Assembly (NCBI GenBank): GCA_002269645.1
Contig: NIVC01002277.1
Location: forward strand, 62,001 to 126,000
Length of the DNA: 64,000 nucleotides
Source: Macrostomum lignano
Lineage: Eukaryota
Reading direction: 5' to 3'
Shown: positions 10,401-22,100 of the stretch, one piece after another
Numbering within the stretch: the stretch's first letter is position 1
Layout of the letters: each line of letters starts with the position of its first letter
Notes under the pieces: generated by a model
What the model was told of the DNA's origin: nothing
Databases searched by the model: none
Seen by the model: only the letters and a program-made list of their open reading frames with translations
Program-made: the position numbers and the translations under genes

Positions 10401-13400
10401 GACCTACATGACACATGGAGCTCTCAAACCTGGGACCTATATGACACCTGAGCTCTCGAACCCGGGACCTAGATGACACCTGAGCTCTCTAATCCGGGAC
10501 CTAGATGATACCTGAGCTCTCTAATCCGGGACCTATATGACACCTGAGCTCTCGAACCCGGGACCTAGATGACACCTGAGCTCTCTAATCCGGGACCTAG
10601 CGTATATGATATGACACCTTGGGACTCGAGCCTGAGCCCTATAGCACAGCAGACCGACACTGTAGGCCTCTCGGCCACCGAAGCACCTATTAGCAGACAG
10701 GAAATGATAGCATTTTTATACAAATCTCTCAATATTTTGGGATAAAATCAATGCCTAGTAAAATTCTCCCTTGGGCTCAGCTGCTCAAAGCTCGCTCAGA
10801 GTGTCAGCATCATATCGGCATCAGTATACGCAATAATTCATATTCCCAAAGCTTGAGCTCGCACCGCTGTCACCAGCAGCCTGCAAATAGCAATGCATCT
10901 GGGGGGGTGAGCAGGGGACAGCAGCTGTGTGAATTCAATTAATACATGGACTCGTCACCCGCATGGGTTCCCCTGAGGTCACGGTTTCCCCCTCCTCCAG
11001 TGCGAAACCCGCCAGCACTGCGAGAAGCTTGCCTTCAATTCACTGTGAACTCAGATTGGAGAAAAAGAGACCCAGGCCAGGGACCTTTGAATACTTGGAT
11101 TGGAAACGGAAGGCGAAATCCGAAATCGATGGTCAAAAGCTACCTTATGTCCGGCCAAATTCCTTTCCAGTCCAAGTCTATTCAGAAGTCCCTGCGCTCG
11201 GGCTTGTCGAGAATTCCAGGGCGGCATTTCTTAGAAAACCGCTTTCTTAGAAAGTGAATTTTGCCGGTGCACGGAATCGAACCTATGTCGTGGCCCGAGC
11301 GAGAGCTGCTCCACCCCTATACTACATGCAGACACTCTCGGCATGGCACAGATTCCGGTCTCGTCGAGCAGAAACAAAATGTATCTCTGCTCAGAGAGAC
11401 AGATAGGCAGAGATAAGGGAAGCTATTCTGCAGAATATTTTATGCATGGCATGCAAGGGGAGTTGACACTGGAACTGCCACTAACACACACACAGATGGA
11501 TCGGGAATACAGGGGGATTCCCTTGAGGAGGTGTGTATGTGTGTGTGTGTGTGTGTGTGCGTATCCCTACTCAAATGCAAAGATGCCGCCCCTCCTTTCC
11601 CCCTTCCTCAACATCGGTAATGAGTTGTTTGCCCCGGCTACCACCATCCGCCATTACGTCCCCAGACTCCCCATCTCAGCTGTCTGTCTGTTTGCGACTG
11701 ACTCTGGGGTTCTATAGCTAGCCCCTTGAAGCATCTGGTTGGAGAGGATGACTCATCCTCTTTCAAGTGCGTCCCCGACCGCCAAAATCTGCACAGCCGC
11801 CGATGTCATCAAAGACACCGAGATCTCTTGGGGTTTAGACAGATCTATGCAAATGCATTGGTTGAGCAAAAGGGGACGCAGACAGTATGAGAAATTTTTG
11901 TATTAGTATAGAACTGCGGCTTGATTGTGTGTATTGCTCAACATATCGGTAGGTTTATGTATTTAGTGATGTCATGGGGGCCAGTGATATAATGGGGGGG
12001 CTACTGATGTCATGGGGGGGCTAGTGATGTCATGGGGGGCTAGTGATATCATGGGGGGCTAGTGATGTCATGGGGGGCTAGTGATGTCATGGGGGGCTAG
12101 TGATATCATGGGGGGCTAGTGATGTCATGGGGGGCTAGTGATGTCATGGGGGGCTAGTGATGTCGTGGGGGGCTAGTGATGTCATGGGGGCTAGTGATGT
12201 CATGGGGGGCTAGTGATGTCATGGGGGGCTAGTGATGTCATGGGGGCTAGTGATGTCATGGGGGCTAGTGATATCATGGGGGGCTAGTGATGTCATGGGG
12301 GGCTAGTGATGTCATGGGGGGCTAGTGATGTCATGGGGGGCTAGTGATGTCATGGGGGGCTAGTGATGTCGTGGGGGGGGCTAGTGATGTCATGGGGGGG
12401 CTAGTGATGTCATGGGGGGCTAGTGATGTCATGGGGGGCTAGTGATGTCATGGGGGGCTAGTGATGTCATGGGGGGCTAGTGATGTCATGGGGGGCTAGT
12501 GATGTCATGGGGGGCTAGTGATGTCATGGGGGGCTAGTGATGTCATGGGGGGCTAGTGATGTCATGGGGAGCTAGTGATTTCATGTGGGACTATTGATAT
12601 GTGGGGCCAGTGATGTCATGGGGGGCTATTGATATCATGGGGGCTAGTGACGTCATGGGTGGCTAATGATGTCATGGGGGGGAGCTAGTGACGTCATGGG
12701 TGGCTAATGATGTCATAGGGGGCTAGTGACGTCATGGGTGGCTAATGATGTCATGGGGGGGGGCTAGTGATGTCATGGGGGGGCTAGTGATGTCATGGGG
12801 GGCTAGTGATGTCATGGGGGCTAGTGATGTCATGGGGGGCTAGTGATGTCATGGGGGGGCTAGTGATGTCATGGGGGGGCTAGTGATGTCATGGGGGGCT
12901 AGTGATGTCATGGGGGGCTAGTGATGTCATGGGGGGCTAGTGATGTCATGGGGGGCTAGTGATGTCATGGGGGGGCTAGTGATGTCATGGGGGGCTAGTG
13001 ATGTCATGGGGGGCTAGTGATGTCATGGGGGGCTAGTGATGTCATGGGGGGCTAGTGATGTCATGGGGGGCTAGTGATGTCATGGGGAGCTAGTGATTTC
13101 ATGTGGGGACTATTGATATGTGGGGCCAGTGATGTCATGGGGGGCTATTGATATCATGGGGGGCTAGTGACGTCATGGGTGGCTAATGATGTCATGGGGG
13201 GGGGGAGCTAGTGACGTCATGGGTGGCTAATGATGTCATAGGGGGGCTAGTGACGTCATGGGTGGCTAATGATGTCATGGGGGGGGGCTAGTGACGTCAT
13301 GGGTGGCTAATGATGTCATGGGGGGCTAGTGACGTCATGGGGGCAGCGATTCTCGTAGAGCAAGAATTCGTGAAATCTGTTCAGCGATCTCCATTGAGTT

Positions 13401-16400
13401 AGTTTTTCCCTGAATTAGTCACGAATTTTACATATTTTCAATGTCATTTAGCCCGCTTTTTCATACCGTGATCTACTCGTTAATTTCCGGCAAGCATTTT
13501 TTTATCAAGTTTAATTCCCTATTCTGTGAAAATAATTCTTTGCGAGAGGATTAAAAAAATCAGTCTGAGCTTAGTGAGTATTTATCATTCACAGGAAATT
13601 AATACAGAGGCAGTATGTTAGAGAATTGATTTATTATTCCTCATAAAAACTACACCTATCCCTCGGTAACCATGGAAATCTCACTTTCAACGACTCAGTA
13701 ACCATGGAAATCTCACACTCAACCACTCAGTAACCACGGAAATCTCGCACTCAACAACTCTAACCATGGAAATCTCACTTTCAACGACTCAGTAACCATG
13801 GAAATCTCACACTCAACCACACATTAAGCTTAGAAACCTCATACTCAACCACTTAGTAACCATGGAAACCTCACACTCAACCACTCAGTAACCATGGAAA
13901 TCTCACACTCAACTACTCAGTAAGCTTGAAAACCTCGCACTCAACTACTCAGTAAGCTTGGAAATCTCACACTCAACCACTCAGTAACCATGGAAATCTC
14001 ACACTCAACCACTCAGTAACCACGGAAATCTCGCACTCAACAACTCTAACCATGGAAATCTCACTTTCAACGACTCAGTAACCATGGAAATCTCACACTC
14101 AACCACTCAGTAACCATGGAAATCTCACACTCAACTACTCAGTAAGCTTGGAAACCTCGCACTCAACTACTCAGTAAGCTTGGAAATTTCACACTCAACT
14201 ACTCAGGAACTATGGAAATCTCACTTTCAAAAACTCAGTAACTATGGAAATCTCACCGTGAACAGCTCAACAACCTTGAGAAACTCGCTCTAAAAACAAG
14301 CAATGGAAATGCATTTAAAAAGCATTTCTAAAAGCAGCTTTCGCTCAAAAATGCAAAGTTCACCTCGCGCCCTTCTTCAAGCCCTTAGAAGCCCGGCTGC
14401 ACCCCCCCCCCCCGTGGCCAGCAGACTAATTAGTAAAGCAAGCCGGACAGAAAAGCCAAAAAACGGATGGAACTCGTTTATTCCCATCTTTCAGGTCATC
14501 CATCACTTGGTTAAATGGGGGTGGAGCGGATGGGGCTAATGGCAGGGCCTCAGCTTCGCCTTTCAATAATCACAGGTCTCATGGGGGGGCTCCCGGGCTT
14601 TATACTGTAGCGAAAATCCCCCTACGTCTATTGTATCTGTCCTTGTGTGTGTATGCTTTTTTGAAAGGTGAAACGAATTTTTGTTGCATTCTTTGTCCCG
14701 ACTGTCTTTCAGGCGGCGGAGCGGCTGCGAAACAAGGAAAGGCTGCGCAGCCTCCAAGCGGAGAGGGAGACCGGCGGGTGAGTGAGCTGGTTAACTGTTG
14801 CTGAGCTGGCTCTGATAGACTGTGGGATAGACTGTGTGGGATAGACTGTGTGGGATAGACTGTGTGGGATAGACTGTGTGGGATGGACTGTGTGGGATAG
14901 ACTGTGTGGGATGGACTGTGTGGGATAGACTGTGTGGGATAGACTGTGTGGGATAGACTGTGTGGGATAGACTGTGTGGGATAGACTGTGTGGGATAGAC
15001 TGTGTGGGATAGACTGTGTGGGATAGACTGTGTGGGATGGACTGTGTGGGATGGACTGTGTGGGATAGACTGTGTGGGATGGACTGTGTGGGATGGACTG
15101 TGTGGGAGAGATTGTGTGGGATAGACTGTGTGGGATAGACTGTGTGGGATGGACTGTGTGGGATAGACTGTGTGGGATAGACTGTGTGGGATAGACTGTG
15201 GGAGAGATTGTGTGTGCGTGTGGGAGAGAGTGTGGGAGAGAGTGTAGGAGAGATCGTGTTGGAGAGATCGTGTTGGAGAGATTGTGGGAGAGAGTGTGCG
15301 AGATAGTGTGGGAGAGAGTATGGGCGAGAGCGTGGGAGAGAGTGTGGTAGAGAGTGTGGGAGAGAGTGTGGGAGAGATTGTGGGAGAGAGTGTGGGAGAG
15401 AGTGTGAGAGAGAGTGTGGGAGAGAGTGTGAGAGAGAGTGTGGGAGAGAGTGAGAGAGTGTGAGAGAGAGTGTGGTAGAGAGTGTGGGAGAGAGCGTGGG
15501 AGAGAGTGTGAGGGAGAATGTGGAAGAGAGTGTGGGAGAGAGTGTGGGAGAGAGTGTGGGAGAGAGTGTGAGAGAGAGTGTGAGAGCGAGTGTGAGAGAG
15601 AGTGTGGTAGAGAGTGTGGGAGAGAGCGTGGGAGAGAGTGTGAGGGAGAATGTGGAAGAGAGTGTGGGAGAGAGTGTGGGAGAGAGTGTGGGAGAGAGTG
15701 TGGGAGAGAGTGTGGGAGAGAGTGTGGGAGAGAGTGTGGGAGAGAGTGTGGGAGAGAGTGTGGGAGAGAGAAAAAATACGACATCTGACGAGAAACTGCA
15801 TGGCTGGCTCAGCCGAATGAGTCTAAAAGCTACCAATGGAATTCTACCCAGAGAGAGAAATAGAAATCACGGCAACCATACTCAAGTAGACTCGCTATAG
15901 TTGGAAGGATTTGATTTTGTCAGCCTGCAAGGGTGGCAGTGGGGAGGGAGCCGCTAGACGAACTCTCGCAGGTTATTGATCCGTGTGGGACAGGGAGGGG
16001 GACTCAGAAATGAACAGAAAAAGGCAATAAGTCAGCAGTTGAGCAGTCACGAAGGCCCCCCCCCCGCAGCTGAGCTGGCTGACTTGCGCTAGGCAAGTTT
16101 CGGCATGATAAAATAGGGAATCTGATTCACTGCGAGCTTCTTGATTGAAGAGCTTGCCTCTCTTCTGTCCTCTGTGTGTCAGTCTGACTGTCTCTCCTCA
16201 CAGAAACAGTCGCCCTCCCCTCCCCTGAGCTGAGCGTGACTCCCAATCTGTTTGTTCGGAAAGGATCGGTAGGGGAAATGGAGCAGGAGTCAGGCGTTGT
16301 TTCTGGGCCGTGTTTGGGTTGTGAAACCTTTTTTTGGTTTCTGCCTTAGTTTGGGTTGCGCTGATCGAATCAGAAATAAGTTCGAGCTGGGGATTAGGCA

Positions 16401-18034
16401 GTCAGTTTGAACCAGTTGGATAGCTAAACTAAACTAAACTAAGCTAAGCTAAGCTAAACAAAACTAAACTAAACTAAGAAACTAAACTAAACTAAACTAA
16501 TCTAAACTAAGAAACTAAACTAAACTAAACTAAACTAAACTAGGCTAAACTAATCTATTCTAACCTAAGCTAAACTATACTAAACTGAACTAAGCTAAAC
16601 TAAACTAAACTAAACTAAACTAAACTAAACTAAACTAAACTAAACTAAACTAAACTAAATTAAACTAAACTAAACTAAACTAAACTAAACTAAACTAAAC
16701 TAAACTAAAGTAAAACTAAAGTAAAACTAAACTAAAGAGTAAACTAAACTAAACTGAACTAAACTAAACTAAACTAAAATAAACTAAACTAAGCTAAACT
16801 AAACTAAACTAAACTAAACTAAACTAAACTAAACTAAACTAAAGTAAAACTAAACTAAACTAAAATAGGCTAAACTAAAATAGGCTAAACTAAACTATTC
16901 TTACCTAACCTAAGCTAAACTGAACTAAGCTAAACTAAACTAAACTAAACTAAACTAAACTAAGTTTAACTGAATCAGACTAAACTAAACTAAACTAAAC
17001 TAAACTAAACTAAAGTAAAACTAAACTAAACTAAAATAGGCTAAACTAAAATAGGCTAAACTAAACTATTCTTACCTAACCTAAGCTAAACTGAACTAAG
17101 CTAAACTAAACTAAACTAAGTTTAACTGAATCAGACTAAACTAAACTAAACTTAAATATGCTTTCTATTAGAAATCGACCCACTCATTCAGTTTTTTAGA
17201 TCACCAGTTATCCCCCCCCCTCCAATACTCCAGCGCCCCTGAGCAGCCGCGACCAGCTGAAGCACCGGCTGAAATCGAGCCTCAGCCAGCGCAGCCGCCG
17301 CCCTCAAGACCGCGGATGCCCCGGCTGGGTCTGCGAGCGGCGGCGGCTGCGGCAGTGTCGACATCTTCTAGAAGGTGCGCCGGCTCAATGACTGTTGTAG
17401 ACGGATTTACTGTAGAGGGGTTGAAGGGGAGCTGGGCAACTCAGCGGTAACTGGCCACAGGGTCTGAGTTCGCAGGAGGGCTGCCAACACCCTGTGGTGC
17501 AACACCTTCGGCGACATTGACCCAGCGCTGAGGCATTGCTGCCCGTTCCGCTGACTCCTGAGCACAATGCAGGCGCGCCAATGCTGTATTCTGGCATGAA
17601 CTCACACACACGCTCACACAGGGTGTACAGCGGCCCCGACTTACTAATCGTCAGGCATGTATACTCTCTGTGCCTTGGGGGCTGTCCCTCAGGTATGAAT
17701 TACGCGACAACCCTTCTCGGCCAATTTTCGACAATAATTTGGGACAATACAGCACAGACAGTAAAGTGCAGTATAGCGCTACGCTGTCGTATAAGGTACT
17801 GGATCTCATTGCAAACGCACGCGATGATTAAATCAGTTTCTAATCCCTCATTCCGGACGAATTTCTCACCTTAGAGTCGAGTCCATGTTGGAGCAGCGCA
17901 GCTGGGAGCCGGCTGTGGCGCAGGCCGCTGTGCAGCAGCAGACTGGCCGAGTTGTCAGCACCGTCGACCCCCTGGCCGGAGCTCAGCTGCCCACTGACGC
18001 CGCCAGCTGCTTAGTGCGTCCTTTCCTAGCAACC
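7420..18034 (+). CDS. Phase-compatible exon chain, probably the cytoplasmic tail of the KIAA1549-like gene
   Basis: Exons: 7420-7756 (phase 0 to 1, GTAAGT), 8069-8110 (1 to 0, GTGAGC), 14713-14777 (AAERLRNKERLRSLQAERETG, 0 to 2, GTGAGT), 17234-17374 (APEQPRPAEAP..., 2 to 2), 17875-18034 (VESMLEQRSWEP..., 2 to 0). A possible last exon is 22188-22217 (TESGEVARL*). All junctions are AG/GT and in frame. RNKERLR recalls the RNKIRLR motif of the KIAA1549 tail (from memory). Confidence 0.45.
8255..9170. repeat. 34-bp minisatellite (AGAATTGATTTCTTGGAATGGGTAGAGATTTCTT)
   Basis: Direct reading, more than 25 copies. Confidence 0.95.
9893..10600 (-). repeat. 33-bp minisatellite containing a tRNA T-arm/B-box fragment (AGGTCCCGGGTTCGAG on the minus strand)
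   Basis: Plus-strand unit GAGCTCTCGAACCCGGGACCTAGATGACACATG, lying directly 3' (minus sense) of a tRNA-like head. Confidence 0.9.
10621..10682 (-). mobile_element. tRNA-derived SINE head
   Basis: Minus strand TCGGTGGCCGAGAGGCCTACAGTGTCGGTCTGCTGTGCTATAGGGCTCAGGCTCGAGTCCC, with A-box TGGCCGAGAGG and B-box-like GGCTCGAGTCC. Confidence 0.6.
11263..11330 (-). mobile_element. Degenerate tRNA-like / SINE head
   Basis: Minus strand TGTAGTATAGGGGTGG...CATAGGTTCGATTCCGTG. The B-box is perfect; the acceptor stem does not pair. Confidence 0.4.
11972..13345. repeat. G-rich ~19-bp minisatellite (GGGGGGCTAGTGATGTCAT)
   Basis: Direct reading; G-run length varies from about 5 to 11. Confidence 0.95.
13663..14275. 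repeat. 32-bp minisatellite (CAGTAACCATGGAAATCTCACACTCAACCACT)
   Basis: Direct reading. Confidence 0.9.
14813..15771. repeat. Compound minisatellite: 14-bp ACTGTGTGGGATAG, then 12-bp GAGAGAGTGTGG
   Basis: Direct reading; the switch occurs near 15215. Confidence 0.95.
16424..17152. repeat. (CTAAA)n pentanucleotide repeat
   Basis: Direct reading. Confidence 0.95.
17395..17695 (-). mobile_element. Unclassified dispersed hairpin-forming element, copy B (longest)
   Basis: Reverse complement reads ...CCCCAAGGCACAGAGAGTATACATGCCTGACGATTAGTAAGTCGGGGCCGCTGTACACCCTGTGTGAGCGTGTGTGTGAG...GCTCAGGAGTCAGCGGAACGGGCAGCAATGCCTCAGCGCTGG...CCGAAGGTGTTGCAC. It matches copies A, C, E and F. Confidence 0.75.
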
Positions 18035-18082
18035 GTGAGCTGTGCGAGGGCGAGCAGAGGGGAGCGACTAGGCTGGGGATTC

Positions 18083-21000
18083 ACGACGTGAGGACTTTGG
18101 GTAGCGACCTGAGGACATTAGGTAGCGGTGTGATGACATTGGGTAGCGACGTGAGGACATTGGGTAGCGACGTGAGGACATTGGGTAGCGACGTGAGGAC
18201 ATTGCGTAGCGACCTGACGACATTAGGTAGCGGTGTGATGACATTGGGTAGCGACGTGAGGACATTGGGTAGCGACGTGAGGACATTGGGTAGCGACGTG
18301 AGGACATTAGGTAGCGACGTGAGGACATTAGGTAGCGACGTGAGGACATTGGGTAGCGACGTGAGGACATTGGGTGGCAACGTGAGGATATTGAGTAGCG
18401 ACCTGAGGACATTGGGTAGCGATGTGATGACATTTGGTAGCGACGTGAGGACATTGGGTAGCGACGTGAGGATATTGAGTAGCGACGTGAGGACATTAGG
18501 TAGCGACGTGAGGACATTGGGTAGCGACGTGAGGACATTGGGTAGCAACGTGAGGATATTGAGTAGCGACCTGAGGACATTAGGTAGCGGTGTGATGACA
18601 TTGGGTAGCGACGTGAGGACATTGGGTAGCGACGTGAGGACATTGGGTAGCGACCTGACGACATTAGGTAGCGGTGTGAGGACATTGGGTAGCGACGTGA
18701 GGACATTGGGTAGCGACGTGAGGACATTGAGTAGCGACCTAAGGACATTAGGTAGCGACGTGAGGACATTGGGTAGCAACGTGAGGATATTGAGTAGCGA
18801 CCTGAGGACATTAGGTAGCGATGTGATGACATTGGGTAGCGACGTGAGGACATTGGGTAGCGACGTGAGGACATTGGTTAGCGACGTGAGGACATTGGGT
18901 AGCAACGTGAGGATATTGAGTAGCGACGTGAGGACATTGGGTAGCGACGTGAGGACATTGGGTAGCGACGTGAGGATATTGAGTAGCGACCTGAGGACAT
19001 TGGGTAGCGATGTGATGACATTGGGTAGCGACGTGAGGACATTAGGTAGCGACGTGAGGACATTGGGTAGCGACGTGAGGACATTGCGTAGCGACCTGAC
19101 GACATTAGGTAGCGGTGTGATGACATTGGGTAGCGACGTGAGGACATTGGGTAGCGACGTGAGGACATTGGGTAGCGACGTGAGGACATTAGGTAGCGAC
19201 GTGAGGACATTAGGTAGCGACGTGAGGACATTGGGTAGCGACGTGAGGACATTGGGTAGCGACCTGAGGATATTGAGTAGCGACCTGAGGACATTGGGTA
19301 GCGACGTGAGGACATTGGGTAACGACGTGAGGACATTGGGTAGCAACGTGAGGATATTGGGTAGCGACGTGAGGACATTGGGTAGCAACGTGAGGATATT
19401 GAGTAGCGACGTGAGGACATTGGGTAGCGACGTGAGGACATTGGGTAGCAACGTGAGGATATTGAGTAGCGACCTGAGGACATTGGGTAGCGATGTGATG
19501 ACATTGGGTAGCGACGTGAGGACATTGGGTAGCGACGTGAGGACATTGGGTAGCGACGTGAGGACATTGCGTAGCGACCTGACGACATTAGGTAGCGGTG
19601 TGATGACATTGGGTAGCGACGTGAGGACATTGGGTAGCGACGTGAGGACATTGGGTAGCGACGTGAGGACATTAGGTAGCGACGTGAGGACATTAGGTAG
19701 CGACGTGAGGACATTGGGTAGCGACGTGAGGACATTGGGTAGCGACCTGAGGATATTGAGTAGCGACCTGAGGACATTGGGTAGCGACGTGAGGACATTG
19801 GGTAACGACGTGAGGACATTGGGTAGCAACGTGAGGATATTGGGTAGCGACGTGAGGACATTGGGTAGCGACCTGAGGATATTGAGTAGCGACCTGAGGA
19901 CATTGGGTAGCGACGTGAGGACATTGGGTAGCGACGTGAGGACATTAGGTAGCGACGTGAGGACATTAGGTAGCGACGTGAGGACATTGGGTAGCGACGT
20001 GAGGACATTGGGTAGCAACGTGAGGATATTGAGTAGCGACCTGAGGACATTGGGTAGCGATGTGATGACATTTGGTAGCGACGTGAGGACATTGGGTAGC
20101 GACGTGAGGATATTGAGTAGCGACGTGAGGACATTAGGTAGCGACGTAAGGACATTGGGTAGCGACGTGAGGACATTGGGTAGCAACGTGAGGATATTGA
20201 GTAGCGACCTGAGGACATTAGGTAGCGGTGTGATGACATTGGGTAGCGACGTGAGGACATTGGGTAGCTACGTGAGGACATTGGGTAGCGACCTGACGAC
20301 ATTAGGTAGCGGTGTGAGGACATTGGGTAGCGACGTGAGGACATTGGGTAGCGACGTGAGGACATTGAGTAGCGACGTGAGGACATTGGGTAGCGACGTG
20401 AGGACATTGGGTAGCGACCTGACGACATTAGGTAGCGACGTGAGGACATTGCGTAGCGACCTGACGACATTAGGTAGCGGTGTGATGACATTGGGTAGCG
20501 ACGTGAGGACATTGGGTAGCGACGTGAGGACATTGAGTAGCGACCTAAGGACATTAGGTAGCGACGTGAGGACATTGGGTAGCAACGTGAGGATATTGAG
20601 TAGCGACCTGAGGACATTAGGTAGCGATGTGATGACATTGGGTAGCGACGTGAGGACATTGGGTAGCGACGTGAGGACATTGGTTAGCGACGTGAGGACA
20701 TTGGGTAGCAACGTGAGGATATTGAGTAGCGACGTGAGGACATTGGGTAGCGACGTGAGGACATTGGGTAGCAACGTGAGGATATTGAGTAGCGACCTGA
20801 AGACATTGGGTAGCGATGTGATGACATTGGGTAGCGACGTGAGGACATTGGGTAGCGACGTGAGGACATTGGGTAGCGACGTGAGGACATTGCGTAGCGA
20901 CCTGACGACATTAGGTAGCGGTGTGATGACATTGGGTAGCGACGTGAGGACATTGGGTAGCGACGTGAGGACATTGGGTAGCGACGTGAGGACATTAGGT

Positions 21001-22100
21001 AGCGACGTGAGGACATTAGGTAGCGACGTGAGGACATTGGGTAGCGACGTGAGGACATTGGGTAGCGACCTGAGGATATTGAGTAGCGACCTGAGGACAT
21101 TGGGTAGCGACGTGAGGACATTGGGTAACGACGTGAGGACATTGGGTAGCAACGTGAGGATATTGGGTAGCGACGTGAGGACATTGGGTAGCAACGTGAG
21201 GATATTGAGTAGCGACCTGAGGACATTAGGTAGCGGTGTGATGACATTGGGTAGCGACGTGAGGACATTGGGTAGCGACGTGAGGACATTGGGTAGCGAC
21301 CTGACGACATTAGGTAGCGGTGTGAGGACATTGGGTAGCGACGTGAGGACATTGGGTAGCGACGTGAGGACATTGAGTAGCGACCTAAGGACATTAGGTA
21401 GCGACGTGAGGACATTGGGTAGCAACGTGAGGATATTGAGTAGCGACCTGAGGACATTAGGTAGCGATGTGATGACATTGGGTAGCGACGTGAGGACATT
21501 GGGTAGCGACGTGAGGACATTGGTTAGCGACGTGAGGACATTGGGTAGCAACGTGAGGATATTGAGTAGCGACGTGAGGACATTGGGTAGCGACGTGAGG
21601 ACATTGGGTAGCAACGTGAGGATATTGAGTAGCGACCTGAGGACATTGGGTAGCGATGTGATGACATTGGGTAGCGACGTGAGGACATTGGGTAGCGACG
21701 TGAGGACATTGGGTAGCGACGTGAGGACATTGCGTAGCGACCTGACGACATTAGGTAGCGGTGTGATGACATTGGGTAGCGACGTGAGGACATTGGGTAG
21801 CGACGTGAGGACATTGGGTAGCGACGTGAGGACATTAGGTAGCGACGTGAGGACATTAGGTAGCGACGTGAGGACATTGGGTAGCGACGTGAGGACATTG
21901 GGTAGCGACCTGAGGATATTGAGTAGCGACCTGAGGACATTGGGTAGCGACGTGAGGACATTGGGTAACGACGTGAGGACATTGGGTAGCAACGTGAGGA
22001 TATTGGGTAGCGACGTGAGGACATTGGGTAGCGACGTGAGGACATTGGGTAGCGACCTGACGACATTAGGTAGCGGTGTGATGACATTGGATAGCGACAT
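18083..22100. repeat. 4-kb 21-bp minisatellite (GACGTGAGGACATTGGGTAGC), about 190 units, with higher-order blocks
   Basis: Direct reading. No indels are apparent, since one frame stays open for 1339 codons. Confidence 0.95.

Noticed and set aside
14600-15900. 336-394 aa ORFs (SHTL, HSLP, PTQSI repeats)
   Set aside because: Several frames are open because the 12- and 14-bp units lack stops; there is no splice or codon evidence.
16424-17152. (CTAAA)n, or the CCCTAA patch at 55 kb, as a real telomere
   Set aside because: Both are interstitial, flanked by unique sequence on both sides, and degenerate or non-canonical.
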